This document shows, in pieces, positions 26,839 through 36,188 of a DNA stretch of 40,104 nucleotides (its first letter is position 1; every line of letters begins with the position of its first letter). The notes under the pieces are model-generated. The model searched no databases, was not told the origin of the DNA, and saw only the letters and a list, made by a program, of their open reading frames with translations. The stretch covers positions 1 through 40,104 of the forward strand of contig DEAY01000329.1 of assembly GCA_002348345.1 (NCBI GenBank), read 5' to 3'. A program made the position numbers and the translations under genes. The DNA comes from Verrucomicrobia bacterium UBA2970. GTDB taxonomy: Bacteria; Verrucomicrobiota; Verrucomicrobiia; Limisphaerales; AAA164-E04.

Positions 26839-28275
26839 CTACGCCAAGATATCATGGAGGATGTTGCCATGGACGTCGGTCAGTCGAACGTCCCGACCCG
26901 CGTAGCGATAGGTCAGGAGCTGATGGTCGAGGCCCAGCTGGTGGAGGACGGTGGCCCAGAGGTCGTAAATGGTCGTGGGTTGGTTGATGACGTGATAACC
27001 GTAGTCGTCGGTGGCACCTCGGATGCTCCCCCCCCGAACCCCGCCGCCCGCCAACCAGAGGCTGAAGCCGAAGGGGTTGTGATCCCGACCGTTGGACCCT
27101 TGTGAAAAGGGAGTGCGGCCGAACTCACCGGTGAAGACGATCAGGGTTTGGTCGAGCAATCCGCGAGACTTGAGGTCCTTGATCAGTCCCGCAATCGGTT
27201 GGTCCACCTGGTAAGCCATGGCGCGGTGCCCTTTTTCGAGGTCACCGTGCTGATCCCAAGGATTGGCGGCACCTCCCGCCCCAATTCGCTCCGTGAGGCA
27301 GGAGAGCTCAATGAAACGGACACCTTTTTCGACCAAACGTCTCGCCAGAAGGGCTTGTCGGCCGTAGGCGACCTTTTCCGAGTCGCCGTCATCGAGACCG
27401 TAGAGCCGACGCGTGGCTTCGCTTTCACCGCTGATGTCGCAGATCTCCGGGATTGACGACTGCATTCGATAGGCCGTCTCGTAATTCTGGATGGCGGCTT
27501 CGATGTTGGCGTGGCCCTTGACCGTCGTGGAGAATCCACGGTCAATCTGGTTAACGAAGTCGAGCCGGGAGCGTTGCAGGTCAAGCGCTTGACTGGGTTT
27601 GATGTTGGTGACGGCTTCATCCCCATCGGCCTGAAGAATCGATGCCTGATGCTGTGCGGGAAGAAACCCGCTGCTGTAGAGCCCGACGCCGCCGTGAGGT
27701 GGAACGGCATGGCTGCTCTCCAGCGCGACATAGCTGGGGAGGTTTTCGTTGGCCGATCCGAGTCCATAGCTAATCCAAGCTCCGGCACTCGGGTAACCGA
27801 GAAAGGGAAAACCCGAATGCATCGCGAAATTACCCTGGGCATGCTCATTGACGGGCGTGGTCATCGACCGGATGACCGCCAGGTCGTCAGCACAATCCGC
27901 AAGATGAGGAAAAATACTGCTGAGTGGAATGCCGCTTTGACCGTGTTGCTTGAACGAGAAGGGCGACGGAAAAATCTTCCCGTTGTTGTTGAATTGCGTG
28001 CGTTCGATTTTGACCGGCATCGGCTGACCGCCCTCCCGAGCCAGGCGGGGCTTGGGGTCGAAAGAGTCGAGGTGGGAGATGCCTCCGGACATGTAGCAGA
28101 GAATGATGCTTTTGGCCTTGGGAGGATGGATGAGGGCCGAGTGGGCCTTGGATTGAGCCAGCGCCCGATGAGAGGGTGCTCGACCCAGGAGGCCTGCCAG
28201 CGCCAACATTCCGAAGCCGCTCGAGCACCGTTCGAGCATTCTTCGACGGGAGATGGGGGATGGATTATCGAACAT
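26839..28275 (-). CDS. DUF1501 domain-containing protein (alkaline-phosphatase/sulfatase-like fold), Tat-exported (pair 1 partner)
   Basis: Twin-Arg N-terminus '[24 protein letters not shown]'. Family signature '[21 protein letters not shown]'. C-terminal '[12 protein letters not shown] ... [17 protein letters not shown]'. The ATG lies 11 nt inside the 3' end of the upstream DUF1553 gene. Confidence 0.92.
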   Translation of the reverse strand: MFDNPSPISRRRMLERCSSGFGMLALAGLLGRAPSHRALAQSKAHSALIHPPKAKSIILCYMSGGISHLDSFDPKPRLAREGGQPMPVKIERTQFNNNGKIFPSPFSFKQHGQSGIPLSSIFPHLADCADDLAVIRSMTTPVNEHAQGNFAMHSGFPFLGYPSAGAWISYGLGSANENLPSYVALESSHAVPPHGGVGLYSSGFLPAQHQASILQADGDEAVTNIKPSQALDLQRSRLDFVNQIDRGFSTTVKGHANIEAAIQNYETAYRMQSSIPEICDISGESEATRRLYGLDDGDSEKVAYGRQALLARRLVEKGVRFIELSCLTERIGAGGAANPWDQHGDLEKGHRAMAYQVDQPIAGLIKDLKSRGLLDQTLIVFTGEFGRTPFSQGSNGRDHNPFGFSLWLAGGGVRGGSIRGATDDYGYHVINQPTTIYDLWATVLHQLGLDHQLLTYRYAGRDVRLTDVHGNILHDILA

Positions 28276-31200
28276 AGATAAACTCCTTCATGTTAAAAAC
28301 GGCCAGAGCGAGATCCGTCCAGACTTCGTCTCGTCCGGCGAGGGGAGTGGCTTCTTTCAGGCGCCCGAGGGTCCGTGAAAGGACGTCGTGGGTTTGGGTC
28401 AGTCGTTTCCAGGTCGAGCGCTCTGATTCCGAAAGCGCAGCCAACAGATCGGCCTGGGAAATAAAGTCGCCCTGCTTGCGGGAGGCCGCCTTGACCTCTT
28501 TCACGGTGAGCGGTCGGTCGTAGAGTCGTGCTTCGAAAATCCTTCCTCGCAACATCTTGTCTTTGGAAGGGGTGGCATGCCGGAGCCCAAAGACGATCTC
28601 GGCTTCCCCATTTTCAAAGGTCCGTGGGCCCGAAGATTTGTATTTGCTTCCGTAGGGTTCTCCGTTGCGATAGCCGAGGATGGTGCCGTCTCGTCGATAA
28701 ACGATTGCAATGTGGACGGGTTCCCGATCGGCTCTGTCTTCTTGAGGGGCCTTGAAATCCTCGGTTCGAGAAAAGCCCTCGCTTCCCGCCATCCAGCGTC
28801 GGGATTCTCGCTCGCCAAAGACCATCGCATCAAAGATTTCACCGTCCGGCGTCTGCAGAGAGATCGCAGCCCCTCCCTGTTGATCGAGATCGTCGAGTTG
28901 AACCCAGGCTTCGAAGGTTTTTTCGGTCAAGTCTTTCCGGATTCGAGCGCTTTGCGCGTAAGCGTCACCGCCATCGACGACCAGAGCGCCGTCCTGAATG
29001 ATGGCGCCCCCCTTCAGTTCGGCGTCGAGATTACCCACGTTGTCTTTTCCATCTTCGTCAAAGAGCCACTGTGCGGTTGGATTGAGAAAGGCCGGATTGG
29101 TTCCCTTGGTTTCTTGATCCGGTCGGATTCGTGCGCGGGCCTTGGCCTCGAGATCGATCCGTTGCCGGTTGATGTTGGCCAGTTCCTCCGTTTTGCTTTT
29201 GAAGGCCTCCGCCATGACCTCGTATTCCCGCCCTTGGCGTTCGATGAAGTTAACGGCTTGTTGCCGTTCCTGCGGACTGGGTCGGCGTCCGAATGATCGC
29301 ATCCAGATGCGTGAAACCAGCTCTTTGTGAGGCGTTCTTGCTGCTTCGAGTCCGAGTTGCCGCCCCCAATGTCGGGCGGTTTCCACGACGAAGTCGCTGT
29401 TCATCATCGTCAAGGACTGACTCGGCACCGTTGTGGCGTTGCGACGGCCTTGGGAGGAAAACGGGACGGGGGCGTCAAAGGTATGGAGAAAGGGATCGAG
29501 GCGGTTCCGAACCACATTGACATAGACCGAACGCCTTGGTTCGTGACCGGGCACCGGGTTGCCGAACGCGCGAAGATCCAAACGATGGGAGACCTGAAGT
29601 AAGGCATCGCGTATCGCCTCCGCTTCCAGTCGTTGTACGTTAAAATGGGTGAGGAGGTCGTTGGCAGGATCGAGGTCCCGAGCCTCGGGGGAGGGCTCGC
29701 TCGCGAGTCGCCACGTTCGACTGGTGACGAGGTAGCGGATCAATTGTTTGATCGACCAGTTGGCCCGGGTCGTCAAATAGCTGCCCAGGTGGTCCAGAAG
29801 CGCGGGATGGGAAGGCCGGGCTCCCAAACGACCCAGATTGTCTGGGGTGCTGACAATCCCTCGTCCAAATAAGTGGTGCCAGACTCGGTTCACGAACACG
29901 CGTCGGGTGAGGGGATTGTCGTCCCGCAGAAGATCTTCCGCCAATTGTCGCCGCCCGCTCAGCTGGGTTCGGTAGGGTGAGGGATCGATGGCCTCGAGGA
30001 ACCGTCGGGGGACCTTGGCGAGTGGTTTCGTGTGATTGCCCCGATCAAAGAGCGCTTGGTCTTGGGCCTTCCACTCCGCAACCGTCGGAATTCGTCGGGG
30101 AATAGGGATGGCCCGCTCAAGGCGTCGGTATTCCTGGATGAGGGCCGCAGCGCTCGGAAGCTGATCGATTTTGTTTGGCAGGAGGGCCAGGCGAAGGCAT
30201 TCATCGAGCAGCTCCGCCTGATCGTCGCTCAGGGTACCGGCTTGCCAAGCTTGAAGGGCGAGCTTGATGGCGGTCGAGTAGGCTCCGATCAGGTCGTCGA
30301 TCTGTTCGACAGAGTTTTCTTGGGTGATGGAAAAGATCGGTGCCAGATATCGCCGCGGAGTTTTGGGAGGCGTGGGTTCCCCCTTCTTGACCATGACGAT
30401 TTCCCGAACACCAAACCAGGACCTTGGTTTGTCTCTAACCAGGAGCGGGGCATCGTCGGAGGTTGCAACCTCAAGATGAATCTCGTCACCACTCCAATAG
30501 TCGACGTCATATCGTTGCCAGTGCCATCGGTCTTGATCATCCCTCATGTCGCGGACAGGGTAGACGGTGCCGTTGCGGGGATAATTGAACACGACGTAGC
30601 GCGACATTGACCGTTCGGCACCCTTTAGTCGGAGCCAGATTTCGTAGGCGTCATCCAAGTCGATATCGGGTGAGGTGAGCAGGCCTCCATGCTTGGTCGA
30701 AACCAAGTGAGTGTAGGTCCCACCTGGATGGATTCCTGAGACGGCCGTCTCCCCATTGGCACTCAAACTAAACGCTCCGGCCGGAACCGGGCCCGTTTTC
30801 AGGCCGATCCCCTCACGGTACCACTTTTGGTGGTCGGCTGACGTTGAGAGATCCCATCGCTGAGGATAACCGCGTTTCCGATGCGCCTTCCAGGCAAGGT
30901 CTCGCTGTTCCCAATCCGATTTTACGGCCTCCCAAGCGGCCGAGAACGATTTTTTGAGAGCCGTCTCCCGGAGGGGTCGGAGGAGCTCTCCCTTAGGGTC
31001 CTTGTCTTCCTCAGTGATGAAGGCCTTGAGTCGGTCTTTCACGGTCGGCAGGGCAGCGAGCCAATCCGTGGCAATGGCGTCCCGGATGCTTGGTTTCAAG
31101 GTTTCAATGGAGGAACGATTGCGGTCCTGTATTTCCGGCAAGTCAATGGCTTTTCGTCCGGGACGTGTCGACCCCATGATGCCGAAAAAGGCGTAATAAT

Positions 31201-32359
31201 CTTTCTGGCTGATCGCATCAAATTTATGGTTGTGACAGCGGGCGCATGAGACGGTGAGACCGAGAAACGCCTTGGAGAACACGTTGATCTGGTCGTCGGT
31301 GAAGCGGACTTTTTCGTCGAGTGCATCGGTCGGCGCAAAGCCATGGAAGACCATTCGCCAGTGAGCGGTTCCGATGAGAGATTCATTGATTCCGAGTTCC
31401 CGATTGAGGCGCGGCGATTCGAGTTGGTCCCCTGCGACATGCTCGCGAACCAGTTGGTCGAACGGGATATCCTGGTTCAAGGCCCGGATGAGATAGTCAC
31501 GGTAGAAGTGCGCATTGACGATTCGCGGGTCCCCTTCCGAACCGTGGGATTCGGCATAGCGGATCCAGTCCATCCAATGTCGAGCCCAACGTTCCCCAAA
31601 ATGGGGACTCGCGAGGAGTTCGTCGACTTGTTCGGAGATCGCGGTTTCGGGATGCCGCTGATAGGACGCCACGAAGTCATCGATTTGATGAGGGGTGGGA
31701 GGGAGACCGATCAGGGCGAAATAAAGTCGACGCACCAGGATTGGGGCTGGGGCGGGTCCGTTGGCGTCCAATCCGGCTTCGGCCCGTGTTGCTTCGACGA
31801 ATTGGTCGACGGGGTGAGGGGACCATGAAGAGGGCGGCGGTTTGGGATTGGTTAGGGGCTGAAAACTCCACCAGTTCTTGCGGCGTGCAAGGACGGCGTC
31901 CCAATTCTGATCCCGATCGACTTCCGCTTGGGTGGGCGGTTGCTCTCGAGGATCAGGCGCTCCCATCTGAACCCATTGGACAAAATCATGAACGATTGCC
32001 TGATCAAGTTGAGCCCCGGACTTGGGCATTTTGAGATCGTCGAGGGAGTGCCGGATCGCCTGGATCAGGAGACTTTCATCCGGTTTTCCGGGTAGAATCA
32101 CCGGTCCGCTGTTGCCCCCCGCCTGCCAGGCGGCGCGATGGTCCAAACTAAGCCCACCTTTTTTTGGCCCCGCGCTGCGATGACATTCGTAGCAATCTTG
32201 CGCCAAAATCGGTCGAATCCGCGACTCAAAGAATTCCACCTGTTCAGGGGAGAGGTTTTCGGCGGGGTTAGCGTGGAGGACGATCGCCGTCACGCCCGTG
32301 AGGAGTGGAATGAGTCCGGTTCCTCTTGAATCGGGAACCATTCGGTTGATTAAGCGCAT
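28265..32359 (-). CDS. PSCyt1/DUF1549 (PSCyt2)/DUF1553 (PSD1) protein with a C-proximal LamG-like domain
   Basis: The start is trimmed to the ATG at 32357-32359 ([28 protein letters not shown], a membrane anchor or signal). The 98-aa Arg/Pro/Ser-rich extension upstream would run into the LysR gene. Motifs: '[12 protein letters not shown]', DUF1549-type '[21 protein letters not shown]', DUF1553-type '[18 protein letters not shown]', a LamG-like block (28475-29074), and the family-typical C-terminus '[13 protein letters not shown]'. Confidence 0.92.
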   Translation of the reverse strand: MRLINRMVPDSRGTGLIPLLTGVTAIVLHANPAENLSPEQVEFFESRIRPILAQDCYECHRSAGPKKGGLSLDHRAAWQAGGNSGPVILPGKPDESLLIQAIRHSLDDLKMPKSGAQLDQAIVHDFVQWVQMGAPDPREQPPTQAEVDRDQNWDAVLARRKNWWSFQPLTNPKPPPSSWSPHPVDQFVEATRAEAGLDANGPAPAPILVRRLYFALIGLPPTPHQIDDFVASYQRHPETAISEQVDELLASPHFGERWARHWMDWIRYAESHGSEGDPRIVNAHFYRDYLIRALNQDIPFDQLVREHVAGDQLESPRLNRELGINESLIGTAHWRMVFHGFAPTDALDEKVRFTDDQINVFSKAFLGLTVSCARCHNHKFDAISQKDYYAFFGIMGSTRPGRKAIDLPEIQDRNRSSIETLKPSIRDAIATDWLAALPTVKDRLKAFITEEDKDPKGELLRPLRETALKKSFSAAWEAVKSDWEQRDLAWKAHRKRGYPQRWDLSTSADHQKWYREGIGLKTGPVPAGAFSLSANGETAVSGIHPGGTYTHLVSTKHGGLLTSPDIDLDDAYEIWLRLKGAERSMSRYVVFNYPRNGTVYPVRDMRDDQDRWHWQRYDVDYWSGDEIHLEVATSDDAPLLVRDKPRSWFGVREIVMVKKGEPTPPKTPRRYLAPIFSITQENSVEQIDDLIGAYSTAIKLALQAWQAGTLSDDQAELLDECLRLALLPNKIDQLPSAAALIQEYRRLERAIPIPRRIPTVAEWKAQDQALFDRGNHTKPLAKVPRRFLEAIDPSPYRTQLSGRRQLAEDLLRDDNPLTRRVFVNRVWHHLFGRGIVSTPDNLGRLGARPSHPALLDHLGSYLTTRANWSIKQLIRYLVTSRTWRLASEPSPEARDLDPANDLLTHFNVQRLEAEAIRDALLQVSHRLDLRAFGNPVPGHEPRRSVYVNVVRNRLDPFLHTFDAPVPFSSQGRRNATTVPSQSLTMMNSDFVVETARHWGRQLGLEAARTPHKELVSRIWMRSFGRRPSPQERQQAVNFIERQGREYEVMAEAFKSKTEELANINRQRIDLEAKARARIRPDQETKGTNPAFLNPTAQWLFDEDGKDNVGNLDAELKGGAIIQDGALVVDGGDAYAQSARIRKDLTEKTFEAWVQLDDLDQQGGAAISLQTPDGEIFDAMVFGERESRRWMAGSEGFSRTEDFKAPQEDRADREPVHIAIVYRRDGTILGYRNGEPYGSKYKSSGPRTFENGEAEIVFGLRHATPSKDKMLRGRIFEARLYDRPLTVKEVKAASRKQGDFISQADLLAALSESERSTWKRLTQTHDVLSRTLGRLKEATPLAGRDEVWTDLALAVFNMKEFIYVR

Positions 32360-32431
32360 TTTGGAAGGACAACGTGGATCCGATTTTCCGGGATTGAGGG
32401 GGGAGCGTAGGACCTTTCCCCATCGGGTGGT

Positions 32432-32460
32432 AGGATAAAAAAGGGTCAGTTGCCGTTCAA
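32432..32460 (-). promoter_or_regulatory. Candidate sigma70-like promoter for the DUF1553-led gene array
   Basis: On the minus strand this reads TTGAAC (32455-32460) - 17 nt - TATCCT (32432-37). It lies in the 115-nt spacer between the LysR stop and the DUF1553 ATG. This is pattern match only, and promoter consensus in this phylum is not well defined. Confidence 0.3.
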
Positions 32461-32474
32461 TGGGAAGAAGGCCG

Positions 32475-33377
32475 TCAAGCACTTCCCTTCGCAGCGGCCC
32501 GTTGTCGTTCGAGCTCCTCAGCTTGTCGGCGGCAGAGGGCAACGACCCGCCGACCCGCCGACGAGAGTTTGTGGCGCCAAAGCGCTCCGACACGGATCGG
32601 GGGAATGGATTTGACGGGCAGTCGATGGATCGACGGATGGGCCTCCCCGCCAAGCGCCTCGATGCCCAGTCCCACCCCGATCCCCTTCGCGACGTAGCGT
32701 TCGATCAGGTCCAGCGAACTCAATTCGATCAAGGGCGGCCAACTCAGTTCGTTTTCCTCGAGGAAGGAAACGAACTGTTTGGTCACTGTCTCCTCGGGGG
32801 TGAGTGAGATCAGCGGTTCGGAAATCCGATCTTGGCCCCAAAAATGGTCCAGCGAGGTGATCCCGGAATCCCGTCGAACCAGAAGGCAAATCTGGATTTC
32901 CATCAGCGGGGTGTGTTCGAAGCCCTTCGGAGCCGTTTCCTGAATCGGGCTGATTGCGAGGTCGATTTGTTCAGCCAGGAGTCGCTCGACGACTTCATGG
33001 TGATGTCCCTCTCTCAGGGCCAACTTCACCGAGGGCGATGTTTCCCGGAGGTCTCGAACGATTTCGGGGAAATAGCGGTCCAGAACAATCTTGGGAGCGC
33101 CGAGCCGGATCAATTCGGAGGTTCCATCGCGGATCTGGTCGCAGATTCCCTCGATATTGTCGAAGAAGGGGCGAATGGACTCATACAAGCGCTTTCCCGC
33201 GGGACTCAGGGCAAATGGTCGTCGTTGAAACAGCTTCACCCCGAGGTTGTCTTCTAGCTGGATGATTTGGCCCGAGACCGCGGGTTGCTGGATGCCGTAG
33301 GGCATATTTCGGACGGCCTCCATGATGCCACCGTGCTTGGCGACGTAGTAAAACAACTCAAGATGGTGGATATTCAT
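32475..33377 (-). CDS. LysR-family transcriptional regulator
   Basis: The start is trimmed to the ATG at 33375-33377. The N-terminal wHTH 'MNIHHLELFYYVAKHGGIMEAVRNMPYGIQQPAVSGQIIQLEDNLGVKLFQRRP' matches the LTTR pattern, followed by a ~200-aa substrate-binding-like domain. Confidence 0.92.
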   Translation of the reverse strand: MNIHHLELFYYVAKHGGIMEAVRNMPYGIQQPAVSGQIIQLEDNLGVKLFQRRPFALSPAGKRLYESIRPFFDNIEGICDQIRDGTSELIRLGAPKIVLDRYFPEIVRDLRETSPSVKLALREGHHHEVVERLLAEQIDLAISPIQETAPKGFEHTPLMEIQICLLVRRDSGITSLDHFWGQDRISEPLISLTPEETVTKQFVSFLEENELSWPPLIELSSLDLIERYVAKGIGVGLGIEALGGEAHPSIHRLPVKSIPPIRVGALWRHKLSSAGRRVVALCRRQAEELERQRAAAKGSA

Positions 33378-34563
33378 TGAGGGGCTGCTGATGGTGAGGT
33401 TGTTTTGTTGGGACACCCGGATCTTTCTCCTGCACCAGGACTGAAAAGGCGCGGCCAAAATGGCTGGGATGAACGAGCGTCTTGAAGGCTTTGACGTGGT
33501 TGGGATGGAGAAGAGGAGATTGAGGACGACGTTCCATTGTTGTCTTAATGATCTGAGTCAGAAACGTTTCCTGCGAGAGGAGGGAGACGGTTTTTAACCC
33601 CTCTTCCCATCCGGCTCTTTCAATCTGTGAGAAATTGACGTGTGCGGTGAGGTCTTGGTCTCCGGGGCGGGCCAAGAGATCGGAACTTTGACGCTGTTGG
33701 CAGTAGGCGCGAAGCGTTCCCTGATGTCGATGAGGAGCAAAGAATTCCTCTTCCCGCAGACCGTAGTCGATGGTGATGAGGTGACCTTGCTTGAGTCGAC
33801 TTGCAGCTTGATGCCACCACTGAATCGCATCCGAATTGAGTTCCGTTGTAAATCCATCGGGAAGATGGGCGGTGAGCGCCGGGGAAAAAGTCCGGTTCCA
33901 TCTTTCCACAGAGGCGGCCTGCGGATTGGGGAGCCGGCACCAGCTCAACTCGCCTTTTTCGAGGGTGACTCCCCAGGCAAACCATTGTTTGGCATCGGCA
34001 TCCCAACTTACCCTTTCGGCCGGAAAGGCATCCAGTAGTTCGTTACTGAAGATGACTCCCGAGAGGGAATGGGGATCATAGTCGTCCCAGGATCGCGTCC
34101 AATGAAGACGGTCTTGATGCGCAGCAAGCCTTTCTCTCTGGGCCATCTGGCGCCGGGGTGAGGGCTCGACAATCTCATAACATAGCTTTTGATAGGTCTT
34201 GGGAAATTCTCGCTGGCAGAAATCCAGAATATCTAGGGCCAATTGCCCGGTATGAGCCCCTGCCTCTACCCAAACCGGCCTCGCCTCCGCGTCAAAATCT
34301 CGGTTTTCGGTCCACTCTACGAATTGGCAGGCGAGGAGCCAACCGAATACCGGAGTCTGACTGACGCTCGTGACAAAATCGCCCGAAGGGCCAATCGTCC
34401 GGAGATTCTTGCAATAATAACCTAAATTTGGGTGGTAAAGAGCGAGCTCCATAAATTCACGAAAGCTGAGCACTCCCCCAACCTCGATCTGGTGCCGGAG
34501 CACTTCAATCAGCGCCAAGTCACAATGAGAAGAATCTGGCAAGTCGTCGGCAATAGTAGACAT
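33358..34563 (-). CDS. Class I SAM-dependent methyltransferase, MidA/NDUFAF7 (DUF185) family
   Basis: The start is trimmed to the ATG at 34561-34563 (MSTIADDL...). 'FREFMELALYHPNLGYYC ... GPSGDFVTSVSQTPVFGWLLA' and 'VEAGAHTGQLALDIL' match the family pattern (F.dFM..aLY.P..GYY ... GDF.TsPe.s..FG). The 3' end overlaps the LysR start by 20 nt. Confidence 0.8.
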   Translation of the reverse strand: MSTIADDLPDSSHCDLALIEVLRHQIEVGGVLSFREFMELALYHPNLGYYCKNLRTIGPSGDFVTSVSQTPVFGWLLACQFVEWTENRDFDAEARPVWVEAGAHTGQLALDILDFCQREFPKTYQKLCYEIVEPSPRRQMAQRERLAAHQDRLHWTRSWDDYDPHSLSGVIFSNELLDAFPAERVSWDADAKQWFAWGVTLEKGELSWCRLPNPQAASVERWNRTFSPALTAHLPDGFTTELNSDAIQWWHQAASRLKQGHLITIDYGLREEEFFAPHRHQGTLRAYCQQRQSSDLLARPGDQDLTAHVNFSQIERAGWEEGLKTVSLLSQETFLTQIIKTTMERRPQSPLLHPNHVKAFKTLVHPSHFGRAFSVLVQEKDPGVPTKQPHHQQPLNEYPPS

Positions 34564-34957
34564 TGATAGGATGCTTTTGAATCTGTGCCTAATTTCGGTC
34601 AAAATTCAAACAAACCATCCACTCTTGACACAAAAGGCAATTTTCACCCTCCACATTAACTAAAACGACTCGATGGAGCTGGCCCCGGCCGAAAAGCTTG
34701 TTGTCACCCCTGACAAAATCTGGTCTTCCCAAAGCCTCTTCAATTGAACCCAGAACTCAACTTCGAGGCGGGCCCCGCAACAGAAAAAACTCAAACGGAC
34801 CAATTTCGAGCCAATATTTCTCGGTCCTAACATGGGGATTATCCCCTCGGAACCAGCGGATTATCAAACAATTCCTCAGAAACCCTTGCCACCATTCCAA
34901 AACCTAACTATAAGATAGGCGCTTGTGAAAAATGATTCAGAAAACTGGAAAATACCA

Positions 34958-34986
34958 TTGACAGTCGGGTTGTTTTTTACGAGATT
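34958..34986 (+). promoter_or_regulatory. Candidate sigma70-like promoter of the secreted-repeat/PEP-CTERM operon
   Basis: TTGACA (34958-34963) - 17 nt - GAGATT (34981-34986), about 30 nt upstream of the ATG at 35019, in a long AT-richer intergenic region. Pattern match only. Confidence 0.3.
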
Positions 34987-35018
34987 GGACGCACACACGG
35001 TAATTAGATAAGTAAAAA

Positions 35019-35624
35019 ATGAGAACAAAAACGCTACTCATCGCGGCTGTGCTGGGAGCAGTGGGTATCGCAACCACTTCGGCGCAGGTTGCCTCGGTTA
35101 ACGCTGTAGGCTACGTCAACAAGTCATTGAGTGCAGGTCTGGCATTGATCGCCAATCCTCTGAGCAATGGAGATAACAAGATCTCGGAGGTAATCCCGAG
35201 TGCACCTATCGGCTCTGCTGTGTTCACCTTTGATGCAGCTACCGGTTTCGGTGTTAGCCAATTCGTTGGGGTCTGGTCGGAAGACTTGACGCTTCCTGTT
35301 GGTGACGGATTCTACATCCAAGTTCCTTCGGACGCTACCATCACGTTTGTTGGTGAAGTGCTTCAAGGAGATGCCACGAACAAGAATGTTCCTGCAGGAC
35401 TGAGCATCCAAGGTTCAACCGTTCCTGTGTCGGGGACGTTGAGTGCTCATGGCTTCCCTGGTTCAGTCGGTGATGTTGCATACTCATTCGATGGAACCGG
35501 ATTTGCCGCTGACACGTTTCTTGGTGTTTGGGCTCCCAATGATCCTGCATTAGGCGTTGGTGACTCGATCTTCATCGACAAGGCCGAAGCGGGAGATTGG
35601 AATCGCAATTTCACGATTAACTAA
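35019..35624 (+). CDS. Secreted protein of unknown function with two tandem ~85-aa repeats
   Basis: Signal peptide MRTKTLLIAAVLGAVGIATTSAQ. The internal duplication is visible by eye: 'NKSLSAGL...FDAATGFGVSQFVGVWSEDLTLPVGDGFYI' versus 'NKNVPAGL...FDGTGFAADTFLGVWAPNDPALGVGDSIFI'. The GC content and codon style are lower than and different from the neighbours. Confidence 0.75.
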   Translation: MRTKTLLIAAVLGAVGIATTSAQVASVNAVGYVNKSLSAGLALIANPLSNGDNKISEVIPSAPIGSAVFTFDAATGFGVSQFVGVWSEDLTLPVGDGFYIQVPSDATITFVGEVLQGDATNKNVPAGLSIQGSTVPVSGTLSAHGFPGSVGDVAYSFDGTGFAADTFLGVWAPNDPALGVGDSIFIDKAEAGDWNRNFTIN

Positions 35625-35665
35625 TCACACCTCACCTAAACAACCAAAAGACAATAAAACATAGT

Positions 35666-36169
35666 ATGAAAAAACTATTGCTCTCAGCCTTGCTTGTTGC
35701 GGCTACTTTTAGTGCCAATGCTCAAGGGACAGTAAGTTTTGCCAATATTGGTGGTGGAGTTAATGCTCCTTTCACCTTGGATGGAGCTCCGATTGGAGCT
35801 GGATCCGGCGCAGTTGCTCAATTGCAGTTGGCTGACGGAACGAACGTCGGAGATAGCGCGGCATTCCTCGCAAACGGTCTATTTTCCGGTGGCGTTCGCA
35901 CTATTGATGGTGTTGCTGGCGGCAGTTCTGCAACTCTTCAGGTTGCTGTCTTGGATGGCGCGGGTGCAGTTCTCGGTGTTTCCAACCAAGTGACTGTGAC
36001 GCTTGGTGGAGCTGGAACTCCTCCTTCTACGCCGGCTGCTCTGTCTGGCCTGTCTGCTGTTGCCGCTGTCAGTGGTGGCGGTGCAGCTGTTGATCCGATT
36101 CCGGAGCCTTCCACCATCGCTTTGGCGATTCTTGGTGGCGCTGCATTGTTGCTGCGACGACGCAAGTAA
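35666..36169 (+). CDS. PEP-CTERM sorting domain-containing protein
   Basis: Signal peptide MKKLLLSALLVAATFSANAQ. A Gly/Ala-rich body follows. The C-terminus 'PIPEPSTIALAILGGAALLLRRRK' is a PEP motif plus a TM helix plus a basic tail. It starts 41 nt after the upstream gene and is followed by a strong terminator. Confidence 0.85.
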   Translation: MKKLLLSALLVAATFSANAQGTVSFANIGGGVNAPFTLDGAPIGAGSGAVAQLQLADGTNVGDSAAFLANGLFSGGVRTIDGVAGGSSATLQVAVLDGAGAVLGVSNQVTVTLGGAGTPPSTPAALSGLSAVAAVSGGGAAVDPIPEPSTIALAILGGAALLLRRRK

Positions 36170-36188
36170 TCTCAACTTGTTCTCATTC

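Noticed and set aside
26320-27105. Long plus-strand ORFs across the PSCyt/DUF1501/DUF1552 array (also 22381-23130, 27511-28281, 28577-29296, 30032-30610, 25129-25644).
   Set aside because: All are antisense to genes with strong family motifs, and none has motifs of its own.
32360-32653. N-terminal extensions offered by the ORF track. Examples: the DUF1553 ORF to 32653, Gfo to 9908, DUF1552 to 24932, DUF1592 to 23295/26820, HEAT to 19456, MidA to 34602, LysR to 33458.
   Set aside because: The extensions are Arg/Ser/Pro-rich, lack signal or TM logic, and would overlap upstream genes. Internal ATGs give canonical N-termini: a Rossmann loop, twin-Arg motifs, signal peptides, or an HTH.
34698-34907. 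A 69-aa ORF in the long spacer upstream of the secreted-protein gene.
   Set aside because: It has a non-ATG start, a basic Pro/Ser/Asn-rich composition, and no RBS. It is more likely non-coding regulatory DNA.
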